From: Candidatus Iainarchaeum sp.
Lineage (GTDB): Archaea; Iainarchaeota; Iainarchaeia; Iainarchaeales; DTGL01
Direction of reading: 5' to 3'
Assembly: GCA_038886995.1 (NCBI GenBank)
Contig: JAWALG010000002.1
Location: forward strand, 1 to 46,742
DNA length: 46,742 bases
Below the pieces are notes generated by a model. That model was given only the letters and a program-made list of their open reading frames with translations. It searched no databases and was not told the DNA's origin. This document shows, piece by piece, positions 1 to 6,274 of the stretch (position 1 is the stretch's first letter; every line of letters starts with the position of its first letter). Both the position numbers and the translations under genes were made by a program.

Positions 1-270
1 ATATTTTCGGTAAGACAAGATCTGCTGAAAAGGGGCGGCTATGCTGTTAGAATGGAGGCCTGGGCTTTCAAAAGGGCTGATATCCTCAGTGACTTGTTTA
101 GAGAATTTGAAAGGAATAAGGTAAAGGTTCTTAAGAGTGAAATTAAAATCGATTCTCAAAATGTGATAAGAGTTGTTTTTGACTTAAGCATAAGAGACCG
201 CGCACACCTGGAAAGGGTTAGCAAAGTACTTGAAAAAACACAGAATGTAATATATGCAGAAAGGATTTAG
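1..270 (+). CDS. 3'-terminal fragment of a RelA/SpoT-homologue (RSH) gene: only the C-terminal ACT/RRM regulatory domain is present; the 5' part lies upstream of the window
   Basis: Frame 1 is open from nt 1 (IFSVRQDLLKRGGYAVR precedes the Met at 52). The tail KIDSQNVIRVVFDLSIRDRAHLERVSKVLEKTQNVIYAERI follows the pattern of the extreme C-terminus of long RSH enzymes (E. coli SpoT ends ...RLTARDRVHLANIMRKIRVMPDVIKVTR). TAG stop at 268-270. Confidence 0.5.
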   Translation: MFSVRQDLLKRGGYAVRMEAWAFKRADILSDLFREFERNKVKVLKSEIKIDSQNVIRVVFDLSIRDRAHLERVSKVLEKTQNVIYAERI

Positions 271-342
271 TTGATATTTTAGGCAGGGGATAAAAATAAA
301 TATGGCTGTGAACAATATACTATTGATTGATAGGTGATTCCA

Positions 343-1077
343 ATGAAAAAGACAAAAACTGGCATATATGGTCTTGATGAGCTTATTGATGGTGGTTTTC
401 CTACTGGCAGAACAATATTAGTTAGTGGATCTTGTGGTTCGGGAAAAACTACTTTTGGGATACAATATATTTACAATGGTGCTGAGCTTTACAATGAGCC
501 TGGCATATATGTAACTCTCGATGAGCGCCCCTCTTTGTTAAGGGAGGATTGCCTAAATTTTGGCTGGGATTTAAAAGAACTAGAAAACAAGAATATGATA
601 AGAATAATTGATGGAACTGTTGCAAGGATGGGTTTTCCAACAGAAGAAGAGTTTGCCTTGCCAAGCACTGGGCTGGATATAGATAAGCTTCTGCTTGAGA
701 TATTAGCATCTATCAAGAGGTTTGGGGCAAAAAGGATTGTCATAGATTCTGTTGCTTCTCTGGGACTCACCCTTAGAACTGAAGATGATATTAGAAGGGG
801 TTTATTAAAACTAAATTATCTATTAGGAAAAGCAGGCACAACATCTTTGCTAATATCAGAGATAGAAGTAGATGACAAAAGGTTTAGCAAGTATGGCGTC
901 GAAGAATATATTGCTGATGGGGTAATACTTATGCACTACATAGGTGTTGGCGGCGGCATAACAAGGGCTTTGCAGGTTGTAAAAATGCGTGGTGTAAAGC
1001 ATTCAGAGTACATACACCCTTTGGAGATAACAAGGAAAGGCATTGAGGTAAAGAAGGTTGAACAAACAGATATTTAA
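343..1077 (+). CDS. KaiC/RadA-like RecA-superfamily ATPase (single KaiC domain)
   Basis: GIYGLDELIDGGFPTGRTILVSG opening, Walker A GSCGSGKTTFG and Walker B-like KRIVIDSV. AGGTGA at 332-337 lies 5 nt before ATG 343; GTG 334 is the longest-ORF alternative. Confidence 0.8.
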   Translation: MKKTKTGIYGLDELIDGGFPTGRTILVSGSCGSGKTTFGIQYIYNGAELYNEPGIYVTLDERPSLLREDCLNFGWDLKELENKNMIRIIDGTVARMGFPTEEEFALPSTGLDIDKLLLEILASIKRFGAKRIVIDSVASLGLTLRTEDDIRRGLLKLNYLLGKAGTTSLLISEIEVDDKRFSKYGVEEYIADGVILMHYIGVGGGITRALQVVKMRGVKHSEYIHPLEITRKGIEVKKVEQTDI

Positions 1078-1105
1078 CTAAAGCTCTAATTTTTGGTTTT
1101 ATCAA

Positions 1106-1177
1106 TGGGGCGGGCGAGACTCGAACTCGCGACACCACGGTCTTCAGCCGTGTGCTCTCCCTCTGAGCTACCGCCCC
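1106..1177 (-). tRNA. tRNA-Phe (anticodon GAA)
   Basis: Reverse complement folds as GGGGCGG-TA-GCTC-AGAGGGA-GAGC-A-CACGG-CTGAAGA-CCGTG-GTGTC-GCGAG-TTCGAGT-CTCGC-CCGCCCC-A. 72 nt, no encoded CCA. Confidence 0.9.
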
Positions 1178-1206
1178 GAGTAATGAAAATTTGCCAAAGA
1201 GATTTT

Positions 1207-2715
1207 TTAAATATCACTTTGTGGTCTCATATGTGGGAAAAGTATGACCTCCTTTATGGAAGGCTTGTTTGTAGCAAACATTACTAAGCGGTCTATCCCA
1301 ATCCCAACGCCACCGGTTGGTGGCAAGCCATAACCTAATGCTTTCACATAGTCATAATCTACAATTTTTGCCACATCTTCCTTTTTTTCATTTATCTGTA
1401 TTTCAAACCTCTCTTTTTGCTCCAAAGGGTCATTTAGTTCTGAAAAACCATTTGCAAGCTCATAGCCGTTTACGAAGAGCTCAAATCTTTCTGCGAAGAG
1501 AGTGTTATCTCTGCGTTTCTTGGCCAAGGGTGATACTTCAACTGGAAAGTCAGTTACAAATGTTGGTTGTATCAGTGATTTCTCGACTAAGTTTTCAAAT
1601 AAGAGCACAATGAGTTCACCTTTTGTTTTAATGTTTTCTGCTTCTTTTAGCCCTTCCTTTTTTGCCTTAGCCATAAGCTCTTTAAAGTTTAAGGAATCCA
1701 CATCAATCCCTGAGAACTCCTTTACGAGATCACTCATGCTTGAAACCTTCCATTTTGGCTTGAAGTCAATCTCGTGTCCACCGAAATTTACTTTGTACTT
1801 GCCGTTTGTTTCTTTTATTACTTCGCTTATAAGTTCCTCGGTTAAATCCATCATGCCTTTATAGTCCTTATATGCTTCATATATTTCAATCATTGTAAAT
1901 TCAGGGTTGTGCAAGGTGTCTATGCTTTCGTTCCTGAAGTTTTTTGCAATTTCAAAAACTTTTTCAAAACCACCAACAACAAGGCGCTTTAAGTATAGCT
2001 CCGGTGCTATACGAAGGTAAAGTTTTTGCTTTAGGAAATTGTGGTATGTCTCGAATGGCCTTGCATTTGCACCACCATATAGTGGTTGTAATATTGGCGT
2101 TTCCACCTCTATGAATCCTTTTGATTCCAAAATGTGCCTTATAGTGGAGATTGCTTTTGCCCTTTTTATAAAAACTTCTTTTGAATCTTGATTGCAAATC
2201 AGATCAAGGTATCTTTCGCGGTATCTTCGCTCAGTATCTTGAAGGCCGTGGAACTTCTCTGGTAGTGGTGAAAGTGACTTTGAAAGAAGAGTGTATTCAT
2301 TTACCCAAACAGTGAGTTCACCCATTTTAGTCCTAAAAACTTGCCCTTTTAAGCCAATTATGTCTCCGGTATCAATCAGGTCCTTGAAGAAATAGAACTT
2401 TTCTTTGCCAAGCGTGTCCTCCTTTAGGTAAATCTGTATCTTGCCTGTGAAGTCCCTTAGGTCAGCGAATATTGCTTTGCCATGCTGCCTAATAGCGTAG
2501 ATGCGTCCAGCCAATGAAACTGTTTCTTTTTCTCTTTCATGTGTTGCTTTTTCATACTTTTTTAAAATATCAATTATTAGTTGCTGCCCCTCGAAACTAT
2601 AAGCGTAAGGCGTAATTCCGCTCGAAATTATTCTTTCAAGCTTGCCTATTTTTATTTCGTCAAAACCCAACCTCTTAATATCTTCGTAGCTTAATTTTTT
2701 CTCCAAAAAAACCAC
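1207..2715 (-). CDS. lysS: Lysyl-tRNA synthetase, class II
   Basis: Colinear with bacterial LysS: PLPEKFHGLQDTERRYRERYLDL, LRIAPELYLKRLVVGGFEKVFEI, FRNESIDTLHNPEFTMIE, GLPPTGGVGIGIDRLVM, ending VILFPHMRP. The 546-aa ORF (to 2847) runs through two tRNA genes. The start is therefore trimmed to the first in-frame start after tRNA-Pro: GTG 2715, with TTG 2706 as alternative. Confidence 0.9.
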   Translation of the reverse strand: MVFLEKKLSYEDIKRLGFDEIKIGKLERIISSGITPYAYSFEGQQLIIDILKKYEKATHEREKETVSLAGRIYAIRQHGKAIFADLRDFTGKIQIYLKEDTLGKEKFYFFKDLIDTGDIIGLKGQVFRTKMGELTVWVNEYTLLSKSLSPLPEKFHGLQDTERRYRERYLDLICNQDSKEVFIKRAKAISTIRHILESKGFIEVETPILQPLYGGANARPFETYHNFLKQKLYLRIAPELYLKRLVVGGFEKVFEIAKNFRNESIDTLHNPEFTMIEIYEAYKDYKGMMDLTEELISEVIKETNGKYKVNFGGHEIDFKPKWKVSSMSDLVKEFSGIDVDSLNFKELMAKAKKEGLKEAENIKTKGELIVLLFENLVEKSLIQPTFVTDFPVEVSPLAKKRRDNTLFAERFELFVNGYELANGFSELNDPLEQKERFEIQINEKKEDVAKIVDYDYVKALGYGLPPTGGVGIGIDRLVMFATNKPSIKEVILFPHMRPQSDI

Positions 2716-2727
2716 TTCTTTTTTAGT

Positions 2728-2816
2728 TGGGGCTGCTGGGATTTGAACCCGGGTCTCCAGCTTTTTTGAATGGATTCCCAAAGCTGGTATGCTGAGCCAA
2801 ACTACACCACAGCCCC
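2728..2816 (-). tRNA. tRNA-Pro (anticodon UGG) with a putative 14-nt intron at the canonical 37/38 position
   Basis: Reverse complement: GGGGCTG-TG-GTGT-AGTTTGGCTCA-GCAT-A-CCAGC-TTTGGG[AATCCATTCAAAAA]A-GCTGG-AGAC-CCGGG-TTCAAAT-CCCAG-CAGCCCC-A. All stems pair (one T-stem mismatch). The anticodon-stem halves CCAGC/GCTGG enclose 21 nt instead of 7. The intron contains CCA, complementary to the anticodon. Confidence 0.75.
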
Positions 2817-2817
2817 A

Positions 2818-2890
2818 TGGGCCCGACGGGACTTGAACCCGCGACACCTGGATTAAAAGTCCAGTGCTCTGCCAGCTGAGCTACGGGCCC
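2818..2890 (-). tRNA. tRNA-Lys (anticodon UUU)
   Basis: Reverse complement: GGGCCCG-TA-GCTC-AGCTGGCA-GAGC-A-CTGGA-CTTTTAA-TCCAG-GTGTC-GCGGG-TTCAAGT-CCCGT-CGGGCCC-A. 73 nt, 1 nt upstream of tRNA-Pro. Confidence 0.9.
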
Positions 2891-3024
2891 GTAAAAACAT
2901 AAAATATCTTGGTGGAAAATACATAAAAAGAGTTGCACCAAGCTCTTTAAAAAAACTGCTATGTTGATATAAAATGAATATAATTTACACAAAAGTTAAT
3001 TAAGAGTTTTGCTGGAAGAAATAA

Positions 3025-3540
3025 ATGATGGGCAGCGTAGTGGTTATAAGATATGGTCACAGGGCTGTTAGAGACGAACGTGTAACAACACATTGTTGTT
3101 TAGTTGCGAGGGCTTTTGGAGCTGATAAGATCATAATATTGGGTAATTCGGATGAGGGCCTGAAAAAAAGGATTGAAAACATAGTTAGCAGATGGGGTGG
3201 TGATTTTAAGCTTTGCTTTAAAAAATCTTGGCTTGAGGAGGTCAAAAATCTAAAAAAAATGGGTTTTAAGATAGTTCATCTAACAATGTATGGTAAGCCT
3301 CTTCAAAAGAAAATTGCTGAGATTAGGAAGTACAAAAAAATTGCGGTCATTATTGGATCAAAAAAGGTTGAGGCAGGAGTATATGTTGCTAGCGATTACA
3401 ATATATGTGTTACAAAGCAGCCACATAGCGAAATCGCAGCATTGGCTGTTTTTCTTGATTGGTATTTTGATGGTTCAGAGCTTTCGAAAGAATTTCCAGG
3501 AGCAAAATTGAAAGCTAAAGAAAAGGTCTTCAAAAAGTAG
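3025..3540 (+). CDS. trm56: tRNA (cytidine56-2'-O)-methyltransferase, archaeal Trm56 (SPOUT)
   Basis: Near-colinear with Pyrococcus aTrm56 as I remember it: RYGHRAVRDERVTTHCCLVARAFGAD, WGG, VHLTMYG, QPHSEIAALAVFLD, KEFPGAK. Confidence 0.85.
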   Translation: MMGSVVVIRYGHRAVRDERVTTHCCLVARAFGADKIIILGNSDEGLKKRIENIVSRWGGDFKLCFKKSWLEEVKNLKKMGFKIVHLTMYGKPLQKKIAEIRKYKKIAVIIGSKKVEAGVYVASDYNICVTKQPHSEIAALAVFLDWYFDGSELSKEFPGAKLKAKEKVFKK

Positions 3541-3548
3541 GTGAAAAA

Positions 3549-4076
3549 ATGGCTTTTAAGATTTATAAAGAGTCCGCATTTGTAGATTTTCTTAATAAAA
3601 ATGCGGGCGTGGGCGCTCATTCTGTAGTTGTAGTCCTATGGGAAAGTCGCAAGCCGATGAAAGATGAAAAAATAGCAGAGAAAACAGGCCTTAAGGTAAC
3701 TGAAGTAAGGACAATACTTAACAGGTTACACTATCGCGGCATTGCAAACTATGAAAAGGAAAGAAATGAAAGAAGCGGCTGGTACAATTATAGTTGGTTT
3801 ATAGACAAAAAAAAGCTCATAAGTCTAATAATAGAAGAACTTTGTGAAATAGCCGAAAAGCTAGAGAAAGAGAAAACAATAAAAGAGAATTACACAATAT
3901 TTATATGTAAGCAGGGTTGTGTAGAGATACCTTTTGAAATTGCTGCAGAGTACAATTTCAAGTGCCCTGAGTGCGGCAGAGACATGGATTGCCTTAACCC
4001 GAAAAAGCTTAAGAATGAGATTAATAAAAAGGTAATGTCAATAAAGAAGCAGATAGAAACCCTAAAGAAAGCTTAA
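3549..4076 (+). CDS. tfe: Transcription factor E, alpha subunit (TFE/TFIIE-alpha homologue)
   Basis: Winged helix (KIAEKTGLKVTEVRTILNRLHYRGI...GWYNYSW) followed by a Zn ribbon (CKQGC...CPECG). AGGTGA lies 4 nt before the ATG. Confidence 0.8.
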   Translation: MAFKIYKESAFVDFLNKNAGVGAHSVVVVLWESRKPMKDEKIAEKTGLKVTEVRTILNRLHYRGIANYEKERNERSGWYNYSWFIDKKKLISLIIEELCEIAEKLEKEKTIKENYTIFICKQGCVEIPFEIAAEYNFKCPECGRDMDCLNPKKLKNEINKKVMSIKKQIETLKKA

Positions 4077-4248
4077 TAACGCAAAATGTTGGACAGAAAT
4101 GACACACAGGATACAAAAATTATTTTAAATAAATGTTAGCATATAAAGGTTTATTTTAAAAATTGGTGTTATAATAAGCCTTTTATTTTAAAAAAAGGCA
4201 GAATTGAGTAATAAAAAATATTGAAAGAAAAATTAAATGCTCTATTAT

Positions 4249-4323
4249 AGCGGGGTAGGGCAGCTTGGAGTGCCCGTCGGGCTCATAACCCGAAGGTCGA
4301 TGGTTCAAATCCATCCCCCGCTA
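4249..4323 (+). tRNA. Initiator tRNA-Met (anticodon CAU)
   Basis: AGCGGGG-TA-GGGC-AGCTTGGAGT-GCCC-G-TCGGG-CTCATAA-CCCGA-AGGTC-GATGG-TTCAAAT-CCATC-CCCCGCT-A. The A1:U72 pair and three G:C pairs closing the anticodon stem are archaeal initiator hallmarks. Confidence 0.88.
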
Positions 4324-4355
4324 TGCCTGCTTTTGAGAACAATGGAAAAGTCATC

Positions 4356-4678
4356 TGTAATTTAGTCGAAAAATTGCTTTTTAATGTGTAAAATAGATCA
4401 GAATTATAACTAAATAAAAATTTTCAAATTTTTTTAATGTGTAAAAAATATTTAAAAGCTAAAAATAAAAAAGTACGTTAAAGAGAGAAGTATGTAAAAA
4501 TGAAAAAAATAAACATTAATACAATGGGCGCATGTTTAGTCAAGCCAATGCTTTTATAAGGAGGTTGTACACTCTGCTTGTAAACTATGTAATTTTTAAA
4601 ATACATTAATTACTTGTAATTACGGACATTAAAGGTTTTTACAGTAAGTTTTTTAAGTAAATACTGTAATAAATGTAA
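4356..4678. repeat. Iteron-like array: nine TGTAA cores on the + strand plus an exact 16-nt direct repeat TTTTTAATGTGTAAAA (4378-4393 and 4431-4446)
   Basis: TGTAA found by hand at 4356, 4387, 4440, 4493, 4579, 4588, 4615, 4665 and 4674, with one on the - strand at 4639-4643. The array lies in the 357-nt non-coding stretch between the initiator tRNA and ORF 4681. Confidence 0.6.
4640..4649 (+). promoter_or_regulatory. Promoter-proximal motif TACAGTAAGT, 32-41 nt upstream of ATG 4681 and preceded by the TATA-like ACATTAAA
   Basis: The identical 10-mer occurs on the coding strand upstream of the convergent gene (5737-5746, - strand). Confidence 0.35.
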
Positions 4679-4680
4679 AT

Positions 4681-5145
4681 ATGGTAGTTAAGAAAATATT
4701 GAGAGCGCTAATAAAGTTAGGTGGAAAAATTAAGAGTTGGGCAATTGAAGAAAAAGAAAGATCTGTTTATGATGGGATTGAATACGAAGAAGAAAATAAA
4801 GAACTTAGGTCTCTTTGGGATTTTTTATCTTTCAATGAGAACACACAGGCGTATCACTTAGTAAATGTTCTGGGCTTTGATGAATGGGTTGATATGCCTG
4901 AGATTAGAAGAAGGATAAAGGAACTCTTTGGCGTAGACTACAAGAATGAGCGTAGCTTGTACCCCTATCTAAAAACGCTGGTAGATATTAATTTAGTTGA
5001 AACTCACAGCATAGGCGGTCGTAGAAAATGGAGAAAAAGGGAGTTTCTATTTGAGGTTAACATTTCTAATGAAAATAAAGTTGCCAGCGAAGAAAAAAAT
5101 AAGAAGGAGATCAAGAAAAAAGCTAGCTTAAGAAGTTTATCTTAG
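4681..5145 (+). CDS. Hypothetical protein with a probable winged-helix DNA-binding domain
   Basis: SLYPYLKTLVDINLVETHSIGGRRKWRKRE looks like a recognition helix plus basic wing. The C-terminus is K/E-rich. No family recognised. Confidence 0.55.
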   Translation: MVVKKILRALIKLGGKIKSWAIEEKERSVYDGIEYEEENKELRSLWDFLSFNENTQAYHLVNVLGFDEWVDMPEIRRRIKELFGVDYKNERSLYPYLKTLVDINLVETHSIGGRRKWRKREFLFEVNISNENKVASEEKNKKEIKKKASLRSLS

Positions 5146-5538
5146 TAAGTCACATGCTTTTTTAAAGTTAGTAAGTCGCTCTGAGTATACATAACTCTTC
5201 AAGAACCAATCATGAGTCGTAATTCTGTTACAAATAGGCATCAACAATTCCTTGCTTTTTTTATCTAGCCCCACAGATGCCTTTTTTGATAGTAAATCTT
5301 CCAACAGAACTTTTTCGCCATCATAGTTTACCCATTGCCTGTCCAGAACTTTCTCAAAAGCTTTCGCAGCAAGCTGTTCGTTTATTTGTTTATCACTGAG
5401 ATAATAAACAGCCTTCCAGTCACCTTTAGATGACCATCTGTGTGCTGGATTTTCGCCGGTATTAAAGAAGTTTATTAACTTTTGGAATGAATCAACAGGT
5501 ATTATGATTGAATTCTTGGAAGGCCTAATAAAAGGCAC
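5137..5538 (-). CDS. Hypothetical protein. The reading frame stays open 57 codons further upstream, to a TGA at 5707-5709 that is itself preceded by ATG-GAG-GGG-GTC (ATG at 5721-5719)
   Basis: The listed ORF starts at GTG 5538. The upstream in-frame peptide TLKAYFVQYKFIIPKSVSRASYTYQKLFRALYGYTQAVNKSSGKRYKYHRKGILSD is protein-like but contains no ATG/GTG/TTG. See finding. Confidence 0.5.
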   Translation of the reverse strand: MPFIRPSKNSIIIPVDSFQKLINFFNTGENPAHRWSSKGDWKAVYYLSDKQINEQLAAKAFEKVLDRQWVNYDGEKVLLEDLLSKKASVGLDKKSKELLMPICNRITTHDWFLKSYVYSERLTNFKKACDLLR

Positions 5539-5736
5539 ATCTGAAAGGATTCCTTTTCTGTGGTATTTGTATCTTTTACCACTTGATTTGTTTACCGCTT
5601 GAGTGTAACCGTATAGGGCCCTAAATAACTTTTGATATGTGTATGATGCTCTGCTAACTGATTTTGGTATTATAAATTTATACTGTACAAAATAGGCCTT
5701 TAACGTTCAGACCCCCTCCATACTTCCGATAATATG

Positions 5737-5746
5737 ACTTACTGTA
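5737..5746 (-). promoter_or_regulatory. Second copy of TACAGTAAGT (read on the - strand), 16-25 nt upstream of ATG 5721 and preceded by the TATA-like ACATAAAAT
   Basis: Plus-strand ACTTACTGTA is the exact reverse complement of 4640-4649. Confidence 0.35.
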
Positions 5747-5867
5747 TTTTAGCTATTTTATGTATAAGTAATAAAATTTTGCAGCGATAATTATTAAAAT
5801 GTTTCTTATACATAATGGCTTATTTTAGCACCCAAAGCTAGTTGGTTCTATTTAGCTTATAAAGCGC

Positions 5868-6119
5868 TTATTTAGATATTTCCTGCCTTGTCGAAATGAG
5901 CAATATATCCTTGGAAGAAATAACCTTGCTATAAGGTATGCTTTTTTCAGTTATTATCTTCCTTGCTTCGGCTTTTGAGTTAGCTTTTAAGGGCTCAGTG
6001 GTTATTGTCTCTATACGCCCTTTTTCAAGGTTGATTACAAGATCGAAAACCTTGCCCTTACGCTCACCATCTATTGTGTATATCTCTTTTCCAAAAAGTT
6101 CCGATAGCCTCACAGTCAT
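5868..6119 (-). CDS. PRC-barrel domain protein (83 aa)
   Basis: LFGKEIYTIDGERKGKVFDLVINLEKGRI is the typical PRC-barrel core. GGGAGGG SD-like motif just upstream of the ATG. Confidence 0.65.
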   Translation of the reverse strand: MTVRLSELFGKEIYTIDGERKGKVFDLVINLEKGRIETITTEPLKANSKAEARKIITEKSIPYSKVISSKDILLISTRQEISK

Positions 6120-6274
6120 TTCAAACCCTCCCTTTAACTAATCATAAAATCCCATAATATATTATCTTCTTAATATTTAAACCTTGTGTTTAGTTATGGA
6201 AAAATGAACTTATAATGAACTCTTTTTATGGTGCACTGGATAAAATTAGATTATCGGAATAAAAGCCCCCCTTA

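Noticed and set aside
2716-2847. N-terminal 44 codons of the 546-aa ORF 1207-2847 (MSRVQVPSGPWGCGVVW...), and the ORFs 2723-2992 and 1093-1287
   Set aside because: These stretches are the antisense or sense readings of three cleanly folding tRNA genes (Lys, Pro, Phe). LysRS homology begins only after tRNA-Pro.
5643-5661. Possible C/D-box sRNA (ATGATGC ... CTGA) in the 5539-5867 region
   Set aside because: The C box is imperfect, the C to D' spacing is 8 nt instead of about 12, and no C'/D pair follows. The segment is also better explained as the upstream coding extension of ORF 5137.
6121-6140. TCAAACCCTCCC resembling the tRNA-iMet 3' end (TCAAATCCATCCCCC), considered as an att duplicate
   Set aside because: Similarity is short and gapped. 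The segment is the reverse complement of the GGGAGGG Shine-Dalgarno region of the PRC-barrel gene.
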